Part shown: positions 32,837 to 43,723 of the stretch, piece after piece
Position numbering within the stretch: position 1 is the first letter of the stretch
How the letters are laid out: each line of letters starts with the position of its first letter
NCBI GenBank assembly: GCA_963785305.1
Contig: CAWAUV010000005.1
Location: 160,001 to 224,000, forward strand
From: an uncultured Planctomycetaceae bacterium
GTDB taxonomy: Bacteria; Planctomycetota; Planctomycetia; Pirellulales; PALSA-1355
Length of the DNA: 64,000 nucleotides
Reading direction: 5' to 3'
Position numbers and translations under genes: made by a program
Notes under the pieces: generated by a model
Seen by the model: the letters and a program-made list of their open reading frames with translations, nothing else
The model's database searches: none
Told to the model about the DNA's origin: nothing

Positions 32837-33367
32837 GGCGTTTGGCTCGCTGGCTCGGGGTGTGGAATTCGTCGAGATCGGCGGGCGATCCCGCACAAGT
32901 CTAGGCCATATTCGCCGAGCCACGCCGGGCGAAATCCTCGAGAATAGGAGCCACGGAACGCGACGAAAGCACGCGGAAATGGTGAATGGAGGAGCGGATT
33001 CGGAATTCATTTCGCGGCGCGCGGCCGGACTCGGCGCCGCGGCGATTCCCCCCCGTTGCTTTCGCTCCCCCTACGCCTCTCGACAGGAGAGAGATTTCCC
33101 GATGCGGCAAAAGGACCCCCTGTTTGGGAAAGGCGACACTCGGGCGGCGGCGATGTTGCCGCGCGGCAACACGGGCCACGGCCCATGAGCAGGGTTCAGC
33201 GATGCGACGAGCGGCTATAAATCATTGTCGACATGGGGTTTGCGGAATTCGCTCGTCGAGACGTTCGCGCGTCCGGCGCCAAAGGTGCTTTGAATTTATC
33301 GCATTGCCAGCAGCCAATCTGCGCGGCGTCGAAAACAAAGCCCTTCTCTGTCGTGCGAGGCGCAGCC

Positions 33368-33745
33368 ATGAGTCGTGCCATCTCGATTGCCATGTTTCTG
33401 ATATGCGTCGGCGTCATGGCCGACGCTTCGCCGGCCCTGGCCGCGCCGGCGCAGTCCGCCATGCGGCGCTCGCCTCTTGCCTCGGCGCCGAACTCGCTTC
33501 GCCGGGCCGCGACGCACCGTGCCATCGCCGCCGAGCGCAAGCAGTCGGCCGGCGTGGGCAATCCGGCCGATCCCTGGGGCGCCGAGGAATGGGTGCGCAC
33601 TCGCGACGGGTGGGAGAAAGCCGTCTGGCGGCGACCACGCTCGCGACCCGAACCGCATCCGGCCGTGATCGCGGGACTGATCGCCCTGGCCTCGATCGCA
33701 TCGTTGGTGGCGTTTTGCCCCTCGGCCCCGGCGGCGGCAAAATAA
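33368..33745 (+). CDS. Small exported protein with C-terminal membrane anchor
   Basis: Signal peptide, WVRTRDGWE, HPAVIAGLIALASIASLVAF. Confidence 0.6.
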   Translation: MSRAISIAMFLICVGVMADASPALAAPAQSAMRRSPLASAPNSLRRAATHRAIAAERKQSAGVGNPADPWGAEEWVRTRDGWEKAVWRRPRSRPEPHPAVIAGLIALASIASLVAFCPSAPAAAK

Positions 33746-33900
33746 AGTTTCGCGACATAACCCTTTTCCGTGCAATGAGATCAGAGAATCGTGGCCGGTT
33801 TTGCGATCGATTTTCGTACGGTTTTCGGCCTTGGCGCCCACTATTTTCCGAGGAGACACAATTGATCGGTTCCTAGTGATTGTAGGAGGCGCCACCCGCC

Positions 33901-36429
33901 ATGCGACTTACGCTCCGCACCATGCTCGCGTACATGGACGACATCCTCGAGCCGAACGACGCCGAGGACATTCGCAAGAAGATGGAGGATAGCAAGTTCG
34001 CCTCCGAGCTTGCTCAGCGCATTCGCGATTGTGTGCGAAACCTGCGATTGCCGGCGCCAAGCCTGCAGGGCCGCGGCCTGGGGCTCGACGCCAACTCGGT
34101 CGCCAAATACCTCGACAATGAACTGCCGGCCGAGCGCGTGGCCGACTTTGAAAAAATCTGCTTGGAGTCCGACAAGCATCTGGCCGAGGTAGCGGCCTGC
34201 CATCAGATTCTCACGCTGGTGTTGGGCGAACCGGCCGATGTCGATCCGGGCGCTCGCGAACGGATGTACGGCCTTTTGGATTTGGCCGACGCCGTGGGCC
34301 CCGCGCCGGAGGCGCCGCCGACGCAAGCTCCGCCCAAGGCCCCGCCGCTGGGCGGCGATGGCGCATCGCTCGGGGCGGCCGGCGGCGACAGGTTGCCACT
34401 CAGCGACGAACGAACCGTGGCGGCGGCCGCCGTCGACGCTGCTCGGCCGGGCAAGCGTCCCAAGCTCGAAGTGCCCGATTATCTGCGCGAAAAGCGAGCC
34501 TCGCGTTTGTGGCCGGTGGCGGCTGTCATGCTGGTGGCGTTTGTGCTCACGGCCGGCATCTTTGCCTTGATTGCTCCGCCCGAGCTGCGACAACAAGCCT
34601 CGGGCTGGCTGCAGAATTCGCCGAGCGACGAAAGCTCGCGAGATAAAGCCGCGGGCGAGCCGAATGCGGGAGGCGCCGCGGGCCAAGCGCCGCAAGGCGA
34701 GGCCGCGAGCGAGACTCCGCCGGTCGCGGCGCCGGTGGAAAAGGCGCCCATGGAGGGCGCTGCAACGTCTGGCGACGGCACTGCGCCTCCCTCGGTCGCC
34801 GATGGCCAAGCGGCGACACCAGCCGCGAGCGTGACTCCAGCCGGCGCCGTGCCGCCGACGAGCGAAGTCGGCGAGCTTGCTCCACCGGGGATCGCGCCGC
34901 CGGTCGCGGAAGCGACGAATCCGGCGATGAGCCCCGCTGGTTCGGCCCCGGCAGGACCGATCGTCGCATCGCCGCTCAATCCCGCGGCGTCGCCGATCAA
35001 CCCGGGAGTGGCGCCACTTAACCCGGCGGGAATGGCTCCGACGCTGCCGAGCGAAACACCAGTGGCCGGGGGCGGTCCGGCGCCACCATCGCTCGGGCCG
35101 GGCGCGGCGGGTGGAGCACCGGGCGGACCCACGGCGATGCCCGACGCCGTGGCCTCGGTCACTCCGGTCGCGCCGCTGGCGCTGGCCCGGGTGGGCCAAT
35201 TGGCGGTGGGCCCGCTGGCGGTGGGCTGGGCGAAGCGGCGGGCGGGCGCAAGGCGCCGCCTTGGCATGTCGGCGAAGAGATCGGCCGCTACACGTCGGAG
35301 CAAGATGTGTTGCTGAAATATGGCCCGGCCCATGCCTGGGAACGTTTGGCCCCCAAGGCGCCGATCGTGGCCGGCGAGCATTTCATGAGTTTGCCCGGCT
35401 ATCGGCCGGTGTTCAGTCTGACGAGCGGGGTGAATGTGCAAGCCGTCGGCCCCTCGGAGTTCACCATTCGAGGCATCGATACGCAAGGCGTGCCGACGAT
35501 CGCCATTCGCTATGGCCGCCTGCTCGCGCTCACGATCGGCAAGGCCGGCGCAACTGCGGATCGAGTTTGGCGATCGCTCGGGCCTCGTGACCTTTGGCGA
35601 CACGAGCTCGGCCCTGGCGCTCGAAGTGGATCAACAGCTTTTGCCGGGCGTCGACCCCGAGACCGAAGTCGCGCCGATCGCGGCCTCGATCTTTGCCACC
35701 AGCGGCTCGATTCGCTGGGAAGAGCGCGGCCAGATTGAAACGATTCAAGGGCCCGCCGGACGCTCGCTCGCGCCACTGCCGATCGCGGAGCTGTCGGGCG
35801 CCGAGATGCCGAAATGGGTGGGGACCGACGCGGTGAGCGTGATCGATCAGAAAGGCGCCGCAGTGATCGAAAAAGACCTCACGCCCGACCGTTCCGTGTC
35901 GCTCGCCATCAAGGAGCTTTCCGAGAATCAACGTTCGGAAGTGCGAGCGCTCGCCACGCGCTGCGCGGGATATCTGAACATATTCGACCCGATGGTCAAC
36001 TCCTTGGGCAACGATCTCGAGCGCAACGATTGGGCCAAGCATATCGAAGCCCTGCGCGCGGCGCTGGCCCGCGATCCGGAAACGGCGGCGCAGGTGCGGG
36101 CGGCGTTCGAAAAACATCGCGGGGCCGACGGCGCGCGGCTCTATCGTATGTTATGGGGCTACTCGGCCGAACAGTTCAAAGGCGGCGCGGCCCAGCAATT
36201 GGTCGAGGACTTGAACAACGACTCGCTCGATTACCGAGTGCTCAGCTTCTGGAATTTGAAGAACATCACCGGCCTCACCCTCTTCTATCGCCCTGAATAT
36301 CCCGAAGCCAAACGCCGCCAAGCGTTCACTCGCTGGAAAGAACGCTGGCGCGAGGGCAAGCTTGTGATGGCGCCCGCGGCCAAGGTGGGTGGCCGCCCGG
36401 CGCGACCGGCGGAAACTCCCGAGCCATGA
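33901..36429 (+). CDS. Large single-pass hypothetical protein (anti-sigma-like N-terminus, Pro/Ala linker); about 2 indels
   Basis: MRLTLRTMLAYMDDILEP...YLDNELPAERVADFEKICLESDKHLAEVAACHQIL; TM; frames join near 35200-35300 and 35550. Confidence 0.8.
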
Positions 36430-38142
36430 CCGATCGCGGGGAATCGTTCAACGTCGCCCGGCGTCTCCGTGAGCGGGCGTTCGAGCGGCCCGAGGCGATC
36501 GCTATCGCCGAGCCGCGTTGCCGGGGAATCGCGAGTCGGCGGGACTATCGGCTGGTTACCTTCCGAGAGCTCGACGAGCTCAGCGGGCGCTGGCGCGCGG
36601 ACTCGTGGCCCTGGGAGTGACTCCGGCGCGCGGCTGGCGATGCTTGTGCCGCCGAGCGCCGAGTTTATCGGGCTCGTGTTCGCGCTGCTCAAGGCCGGAG
36701 CGGTGGGCATTCTCATCGATCCGGGCATGGGGCGCCGGAGTCTGATCGGGTGTTTGGCCGAGGCGCGGCCCGAGGGGTTCGTGGCCATTGGTCGCGGGCA
36801 GATCGCGCGGCGGATGTTTCGGCGGCGTTTTCCGCTGGCGAGGTTCAATGTGATTGTCGGCCCGCGCCGCTGGCCGCGCGATGTAACCACGCTCGACGAA
36901 CTGGCCGCGCTGGGAGACGGTTTGACCTCGGAAGAAAATGCGGGGCCGCTTGCCCGCGGGGCCAACGATCCGGCGGCGATTATCTTCACCACCGGCAGCA
37001 CCGGTCCGCCCAAGGGAGTGCTCTATCACCACGCGGCGTTCGACACCCAGGTCGAGCAATTGCAGGCGTTTTACCAGGTGCGGCCGGGCGAGATCGATTT
37101 GCCCGGCTTTCCGCTGTTCGGCCTGTTCAACGCCGCGATGGGCGTGACCACGGTGCTGCCGCAAATGGACCCGACGCGCCCGGCTCGGGTCGATCCGCGG
37201 AAGATCATCGCCGCGATCAATACTTGGCAAGTGACGCAGGCATTTGGCTCGCCGGCGATCTGGAATCGGGTGGGCGCTTTTTGCACGGCTCGCTCGCACA
37301 CGTTGCCAACGCTCGCCAGGGTGCTGGCGGCCGGCGCGCCCGCGCCCGCGCATGTGCTCGAGCAGATGACGCGTTCGATCGCTCCAGGCGGCGATATGCA
37401 CACACCCTACGGAGCGACCGAAGCGCTGCCGGTGGCGTCGATCGCGGCCAGCGAAGTGCTCGGCCACACGATCGCGGCCACGCGCTCCGGGGCCGGAGTT
37501 TGCGTCGGGCGGAAATTCGCGTCGATCGCTTGGAAGATCATTCGCATCGTCGATGGACCGATCGCGGAACTGCGCGAGATCGAGGAGTTGCCCGCCGGCC
37601 AGATCGGCGAACTGATCGTCTCGGGGCCGCAAGTCACGCGATGCTATGTCACGCGCGTGGAAGCCAACCACACGGCGAAGATCGTCGATGGCGAGCGAAT
37701 TTGGCATCGGATGGGCGATGTCGGATACTTCGATGCGGAAGCGCGCTTTTGGTATTGCGGGCGGATGGCCCATCGGGTGCGAACCATTCGGGGCACGCTC
37801 TATACCGAGCAGTGCGAGGCAATTTATAACAACCACCCGGCCATTTATCGCTCGGCGCTGGTTGGAGTGGGGCTCGTCGGAGCGGGGCCGGCGGGCGCCC
37901 GGCGACCGGTCATCATTTGCGAACCTTGGCCGGGTCAATGGCCGCTCTGGCCGGCGGCGAGGCGACGGTTGATGCATGAACTGCGTGCATTGGGCCACGG
38001 CTCACCGCTCACCGCCGAAATCGACGTGGTGCTGCTCCGCCGCGCGCTGCCGGTGGATATTCGCCACAACGCCAAGATATTCCGCGAGCGATTGGCGCCC
38101 TGGGCCGAAGCGCGATTGAAACGAAGGGCGGTCCGCTTGTGA
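36426..38142 (+). CDS. oleC: OleC-like beta-lactone synthetase / AMP-dependent ligase (indel near 36590)
   Basis: FTTGSTGPPKG, DPGMG, MDPTRPA, FGSPA, TPYGATEALPV, HRMGDVG, PVDIRHNAKIFRE. Confidence 0.85.
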
Positions 38143-39272
38143 AAGCGCTGGTCACCGGCGCCGGGGGATTTCTCGGCTTCGCGATCGTCGAACAACTTCT
38201 CGCGGCCGGCCATGAGCCGCGAGCCTTCGCGCGGCGGCCGACCGACGATCTCGCGCGGTTGGGAGTGCCGCTCGCGCTCGGCGATTTGCGCGATCCGGCT
38301 GTCGTGGCCGCGGCGTGCGAGGGTTGCGATGTGGTGTTTCACGCGGCCGGCGTCGCGGGTATTTGGGGGCCCTGGGATCGCTTTTGGGACGCCAACGTCG
38401 TTGGCTCGCGCCATGTGCTGAGCGGCTGCATGCGCCACGGTGTTCGGCGCCTGGTCTTCACGAGCAGCCCGAGCGTGACGTTTGCCGGCGACGATCAGGC
38501 GGGCGTCGATGAACGAGCGCCCTATCCGCGCCATTGGCTGTGTCACTATCAACACACCAAGGCGATCGCCGAACAGGAGCTGCTCGCCGCTCATGGGCCG
38601 AGCCTCGCCGTGTGCGCGCTGCGGCCACATTTGATCTGGGGGCCGCGCGATCGGCATTTGATTCCGCGGCTGCTGGCTCGGGCACGGCGGGGGCAATTGC
38701 GGCGCGTGGGCGATGGCGCGAATCGGATCGACACGATTTACATCGACAACGCCGCCGAAGCGCATTTGCTCGCCGCCGACGCGCTCGAGGGCGGCGCGGC
38801 CGGCGGTCGGGCTTATTTTCTCAGCCAGGGCGAGCCAGTGAATTGTTGGCAATGGATCGACGAGCTTCTCGCGCTCGCGGGATTGAAACCGGTCGCCCGC
38901 GCGATCTCGACTCGAGCGGCATGGCAAATCGGCGGCGCGCTCGAACTCGCGCATCGTGTCTTGAGCCTGCCCGGCGAGCCGCGAATGACGCGCTTTCTGG
39001 CCGCGCAACTGGGCCGCTCGCACTGGTTCGATATTTCTCGCGCCCGAAACGAGCTCGGTTATGCGCCGCGCGTGTCGACCGAGGAAGGGCTGCGGCGATT
39101 GGCGCCGATCCGCTTTTTTTGGCGGCTCAAGGCGGTTGAACTCGCGCGCGGAGAGCGCGGCTCTTCGCGCGGTTCGCGGCTGTCGCGATTTATTCGAGGA
39201 AACAATTGTGATGCGGATCGATCGACAGGCGCTCTTGGCCACGGGTCTCGTGGCGGGTGTCGAATGCCATGA
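38139..39272 (+). CDS. oleD: OleD-like 2-alkyl-3-oxoalkanoate reductase (3-beta-HSD family)
   Basis: VTGAGGFLG, AGIWG, TSSPSV, HYQHTKAIAE, LRPHLIWGPRD, MTRFLAAQL; GTGA overlap with oleC. Confidence 0.85.
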   Translation: MKALVTGAGGFLGFAIVEQLLAAGHEPRAFARRPTDDLARLGVPLALGDLRDPAVVAAACEGCDVVFHAAGVAGIWGPWDRFWDANVVGSRHVLSGCMRHGVRRLVFTSSPSVTFAGDDQAGVDERAPYPRHWLCHYQHTKAIAEQELLAAHGPSLAVCALRPHLIWGPRDRHLIPRLLARARRGQLRRVGDGANRIDTIYIDNAAEAHLLAADALEGGAAGGRAYFLSQGEPVNCWQWIDELLALAGLKPVARAISTRAAWQIGGALELAHRVLSLPGEPRMTRFLAAQLGRSHWFDISRARNELGYAPRVSTEEGLRRLAPIRFFWRLKAVELARGERGSSRGSRLSRFIRGNNCDADRSTGALGHGSRGGCRMP

Positions 39273-40104
39273 CGAAATCGATTCGACGCAGAGCCAGGGG
39301 CGGCGCTTGGCCGCGTCGCTGGCCAACGATCAATTACCGCATTTGATTCTCGCCGATCGTCAAACCGCCGGCCGCGGGCGGGGCGACCACCGCTGGTGGA
39401 CCGGCGCGGACAGTCTGGCGATGAGCCTTGTGTTCGCTCCCGAGAATTTTGGCCTCGGCCGGCCGGCGCGGCCGGCGCGATCGCTGGCCGTGGGCGTGGC
39501 GCTGATCGAGGCGCTGAATGAGGTGATCGCGGAAATCGCGGAAATCGAGGAGACGACCGCGCCACTTGGCGCCGGCGGCTTGGTTCGCGGCGCCCGGCTG
39601 GGCTTGCGCTGGCCCAACGATGTGTATCTGGGCGATCGAAAGTTGGCCGGCGTGCTTTTGGATCTCACGACCAATGAGCGCCATATCTTGGGCGTGGGCG
39701 TGAATACGAACAACCGCTTTGCCGGAGCGCCGATCGAAGTGCGTGCCCGCGCGGTGTCGCTCCTTGAAGCCATGGGCCGGCCGGCGCATTCCGGTCAAAC
39801 CGGCGAGTCCGGGCAGCCCGAGCGACTTATCGATCATGGCCGGCTCGTGGCCGGTTTTCTGAGGCAGTTGACCGCGTGGCTGCCCCGAGTGGAGCATGAT
39901 CCGGAACGGCTCGGCCGCCGATTTAAGGAGCTGTGCTTGCAGCTTGGCGAGCGGCTCACGGTGCATGCGGGCCACGGCCCAGCGGCCGGGGAACCGACGC
40001 GCGGCGTGTGCCTGGGAATCGCCGACGATGGCGCGCTCCTGCTCGACACACCGAGCGGCGTCACGCGCATCTATTCCGGCACGCTTCACGGCGACCGGGT
40101 ATGA
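39211..40104 (+). CDS. birA: Biotin--protein ligase without HTH
   Basis: IDSTQ, QTAGRGRG..WW, RWPNDVY..RKLAGVL, GVGVN, GIADDGALL. Confidence 0.9.
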   Translation: MRIDRQALLATGLVAGVECHDEIDSTQSQGRRLAASLANDQLPHLILADRQTAGRGRGDHRWWTGADSLAMSLVFAPENFGLGRPARPARSLAVGVALIEALNEVIAEIAEIEETTAPLGAGGLVRGARLGLRWPNDVYLGDRKLAGVLLDLTTNERHILGVGVNTNNRFAGAPIEVRARAVSLLEAMGRPAHSGQTGESGQPERLIDHGRLVAGFLRQLTAWLPRVEHDPERLGRRFKELCLQLGERLTVHAGHGPAAGEPTRGVCLGIADDGALLLDTPSGVTRIYSGTLHGDRV

Positions 40105-40159
40105 CAGCCTGTTGAGCCGAGCGGCCACGGAGCGTCGCCGGCGTGGAGCAAGCGCGGTG

Positions 40160-40330
40160 TCAGCTTTCCTTGAGCTTGTTAAGCTCGGCGAGCACGGCGG
40201 CCAACTCGGCTTCGCCGCGCTTGAGTTCCTCGGGATCGTCGAGCTGCTTTTTTGCTCCAGCGACTTGCATTTGCAGTTTTTGCGCTCGTTGACGCAGGAC
40301 TTCGATTCGTTTCTTGGCTTTCTTGTCCAT
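40160..40330 (-). CDS. Small basic coiled-coil protein (56 aa)
   Basis: MDKKAKKRIEVLRQRAQKLQMQVAGAKKQLDDPEEL...; coding-like composition. Confidence 0.7.
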   Translation of the reverse strand: MDKKAKKRIEVLRQRAQKLQMQVAGAKKQLDDPEELKRGEAELAAVLAELNKLKES

Positions 40331-40452
40331 GGGAGCATTCTCAAAGAAGATGAAGGGGCCGCCGGCGCGTCCGCGGCGCGGGGCTTCGGAGTCGGTTCGT
40401 CGTGCTGATTGTATCGCGCTGATTTTATCGCGCCGATGGACTCGGCCCGCGA

Positions 40453-42681
40453 TCAGAGTTTGAAATTGAACGTGCGGGCGATGTAGCGCCAAAACCGGTG
40501 TCCCAGGGTTTGCCAGCGGCTGGCGTAAATCTTGGCTTGGCCGCGAAGTCCCACGCGCAACAGGCCATCGGCGTCGTCGAGCGGGGCGCGGGCTTGGTAC
40601 GAAGTGTTAAGCGGGCGATCGCCGCCCTTATCGCCGCGCGTCACCACATCGCCGCCGTTCTTTTGCGTCAACTGGCGGGGCGTGACTTTCATATCGTTGT
40701 TGGCGATCTCGATGATATGGCTCTTGAAAGTCGAGCCCGGAATCTCGTCGAGCAGAATCGACACCGAATCTTGATCGCGCACGAACTCGACATCGTCTTG
40801 CTCGACCACGAGCACCGCCTCGAGCCGCTTGGGATCGCCGATCTGGCAGAACAGCACGCTGTCGCTCAGGTGGGCGCCCAGGTTCCGTCTTTCGAGCGGG
40901 GTGCCGCTCCAATTGGGCAATTGGCCTTCGGCCTTGTTTTCATCGCCGGCTTGGTCCGGCGGCGGAATCACGCTGCCGTCTTCGGGCGCGGTCAGGGTAA
41001 GTCGCTCGACATCGAGTTGCTTCTGGCGAAGTTGCTCCTTGAGCGCGGCGAGCGATTCGAGCAATTGCGGAATTTCGAGGCCCGAGTTGCCGTCGCGCGA
41101 GCGGCGGGCCGAAACGAGCTTGGCGACCACCTGATCACGCTTGTCCTCGAGCTCGGCGACCGAGAGGTCGAGATCGATGCTCGAGAGCCGGCCGAGGGTG
41201 TCGCCCTTGTGTACTTTCTGCCCGGGCACGACATCGATCTCCTCGAGCCGGCCCGGCACATCGACATAGACCGGCTCGGCGTCGCGCGGCTTGACTTCGA
41301 CCGAACACACCACGCGATAGGGCAACGGCGCGAAGGCGATGAAGAGCACGATTCCGGTAAGCGCCGCCAGCGAGAGTCGCATTCGCTTCTGATCCACTTG
41401 ATCGAGCCTTCCGGGGACGGAGAAATACTTGTAGCCCTTCCACAGCGGCTGGCCCACGACGCCGGCGATCGAGGTCCAGGCCAGGATCTGGCTGAGCACC
41501 TTGAGGCGATCGGGGAAGATGCTGTAGAGGAACCACAAAATCGAGATCATCACCACCCAGCGATAAATGCCGGCGGCGACCGAATACAAGGCGAAGAAAA
41601 TCTGATTCCGCTGCGGGAGGAACGGGTCTTCGGGCTGCTCGAGTCCCAGGAACCATTCGCCCATCTTGCGATTGAGAATCGTGGTCGACTTTTGCCGCAG
41701 GTTGGGAATCTCGGCGATGTCGGCCAGGATATAGTAGCCATCGTATCGGAGGAGCGGATTGGCGTTGAACACCAAGGTGCTCACCGAGCACACGAACATG
41801 GTGCTCAGGCACACTTGATTCAAGAGGCCCGGATTCGTGAACCACCAGACGAAGGTGCAGACCGAGGCGATGCAGAGCTCGATATACATGCCGGCGGCGC
41901 CGATATAGGCGCGATGCCATTTGTTCGAGAGCATCCAGGAGTCGGAGACATTGCAGTACAAGCAGGGCGTGAGCACCAGGAACATCACGCCCATTTCGTG
42001 GCACTCGCCGCCGAAATGCTTGCAGGTGAGTCCGTGGCCGAATTCGTGGATCACCTTGGTCAGGGCGAGCGTCACGCCCAGGTAGATCCAATTGTCGCCT
42101 TTGAAGAACTCTTGAAACGTGGGCAGCTTCGCTTCGAACGTGTGGAACTGCACGGCCACGAGCATGAGGGCCGCGAGCCACATCGATACCCAAAACGCGA
42201 CCGCCAGCGGCGAATACATCCACCGCACCCAGGGATAGAGCCACGTGAGCAGCCGATCGGGATCGATGCCCTTGAAGCGAATAGCCAGGATATTGGCGGC
42301 GGCCGAAAGGAACTCCTCGCGCTTCCGCTCGTCGCGGCGCTTCTTGAGTTGCACTCCTTGCCCGGCCACGTCGGCCACCACCAGCCCGCTGCGGTGGAGC
42401 ATCCCCACGAACTGGCCGAGCTCCTCGACGCTGATCTTTTGCGGCGGAAACTGCTCTTCGAAACGGGTCTTGATCTGGTCGAGACTCGTCTGGCAATCAA
42501 GCATTTCCAGGATCGCGAATTCTTCTTCCTGAAACCGGAAGTAGTGCAGCCCGACCGGCTCCTTGACCACCCAATACGTCTGGCCTTGGTAGATCTGTGT
42601 CTTCACGACCAAGTCGCCGCGCATGCGCAGCGGGAGCACGCGCGCCGAACTTGAAACCAGGCTGTCTTGCAGACTCGGCAT
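40453..42681 (-). CDS. PqqD-like domain + M50 site-2 protease + HlyD membrane-fusion domain fusion
   Basis: HEFGH (42034-42048) and NANPLLRYDG (41738-41766) motifs in TM region; C-terminal lipoyl-hybrid/coiled-coil (VPGRLEEIDVVPGQKVHKGD...LTAPEDG). Confidence 0.88.
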   Translation of the reverse strand: MPSLQDSLVSSSARVLPLRMRGDLVVKTQIYQGQTYWVVKEPVGLHYFRFQEEEFAILEMLDCQTSLDQIKTRFEEQFPPQKISVEELGQFVGMLHRSGLVVADVAGQGVQLKKRRDERKREEFLSAAANILAIRFKGIDPDRLLTWLYPWVRWMYSPLAVAFWVSMWLAALMLVAVQFHTFEAKLPTFQEFFKGDNWIYLGVTLALTKVIHEFGHGLTCKHFGGECHEMGVMFLVLTPCLYCNVSDSWMLSNKWHRAYIGAAGMYIELCIASVCTFVWWFTNPGLLNQVCLSTMFVCSVSTLVFNANPLLRYDGYYILADIAEIPNLRQKSTTILNRKMGEWFLGLEQPEDPFLPQRNQIFFALYSVAAGIYRWVVMISILWFLYSIFPDRLKVLSQILAWTSIAGVVGQPLWKGYKYFSVPGRLDQVDQKRMRLSLAALTGIVLFIAFAPLPYRVVCSVEVKPRDAEPVYVDVPGRLEEIDVVPGQKVHKGDTLGRLSSIDLDLSVAELEDKRDQVVAKLVSARRSRDGNSGLEIPQLLESLAALKEQLRQKQLDVERLTLTAPEDGSVIPPPDQAGDENKAEGQLPNWSGTPLERRNLGAHLSDSVLFCQIGDPKRLEAVLVVEQDDVEFVRDQDSVSILLDEIPGSTFKSHIIEIANNDMKVTPRQLTQKNGGDVVTRGDKGGDRPLNTSYQARAPLDDADGLLRVGLRGQAKIYASRWQTLGHRFWRYIARTFNFKL

Positions 42682-42766
42682 GAGAATGCGAACACGGGAC
42701 GGTGGAATGAAACGAAGACAACGCCGACTCGCGCCGCACGGACGCAATCGCGGTTCCGAAGGCGTT

Positions 42767-43681
42767 TTACTTTTGCAAGCGAATGGTCATGGTGGCCAAC
42801 TGGCCGGGCCGCAGGAGCCACTGGCCATCGTCGCTGCGATTCACCACGTCGGCCAGCACCCGATATTCGCCGCCGGCCTCCACGATCGGGCTCACGAACA
42901 CGACCTTGCCGGGGAATTTCTCCTTGCGGCCGCGGGCCAGTTCGACCTCCACGGTGACCGGCTTGGCGTCGAGCTCTTGCGGCGGATAGTCGCTGGCATT
43001 GAGAAACGCCTCGATCCTCAGGCGATCGACGCGCACGATGCGGACCACCGGATCGCCCGGCGCCACCCATTCTCCGACATGCTTGTAAAGCTTCACCACG
43101 ACGCCATCGATCGGCGAGTCGATCTGGCGACGTTGAATGCTCAATTCGGCGGCGTCGACGGCGGCTTTCTTGGCTTCGGCCGTGTAGATGTTTACTTTTT
43201 GCTCGTGCTCGGCCTGTTCGATCTGAAGCTCGGCCTTGCGCCATTCGAGCTTATACTTGAGCAGGTCCATTTCGGTAACCGAGCCCGGCACGCGGCGGGC
43301 GGCGTCGGCATTCTTTTCATACGTCGCCTTGGCGACGGCCGTGGCGGCCTTGGCATAGCGCACATTCACATCGTTCGAGGCCGACTCCTGGGCCGTTTCG
43401 AATTCCTTGCTCTTGATGCGTTTTTCCATGGTCGGCTCGCTGTCGTCGATCCGCCCGACCATGCTGCCCGCCTTGACCTGCATGCCTTCTTTGGCTTCGA
43501 GCGACACGAGCACTCCGGCCTCGCGGCCTGGAACTTGCGCCTCTTCGAGCATCGACACGAGACAGTTTTCGATCAGCGGGTCGGTGAGCGCGGCGCCCTT
43601 GGGACGGACCGGGGCCGCCGCGCTCGAAACCGGACCCAAGCTCGTCGCCAGGACGAGCCACGTCGCCAGGAATGTGCCCAT
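42767..43681 (-). CDS. HlyD/RND-type periplasmic adaptor with signal peptide
   Basis: VPGREAGVL..EG.QVKAG, coiled coil, IDSPIDGVV...GEWVAPGDPV. Confidence 0.88.
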   Translation of the reverse strand: MGTFLATWLVLATSLGPVSSAAAPVRPKGAALTDPLIENCLVSMLEEAQVPGREAGVLVSLEAKEGMQVKAGSMVGRIDDSEPTMEKRIKSKEFETAQESASNDVNVRYAKAATAVAKATYEKNADAARRVPGSVTEMDLLKYKLEWRKAELQIEQAEHEQKVNIYTAEAKKAAVDAAELSIQRRQIDSPIDGVVVKLYKHVGEWVAPGDPVVRIVRVDRLRIEAFLNASDYPPQELDAKPVTVEVELARGRKEKFPGKVVFVSPIVEAGGEYRVLADVVNRSDDGQWLLRPGQLATMTIRLQK

Positions 43682-43723
43682 TGCTAATGCTCCTCGCGAT
43701 GGCTCGCGGCCATCGCTCTCGTA

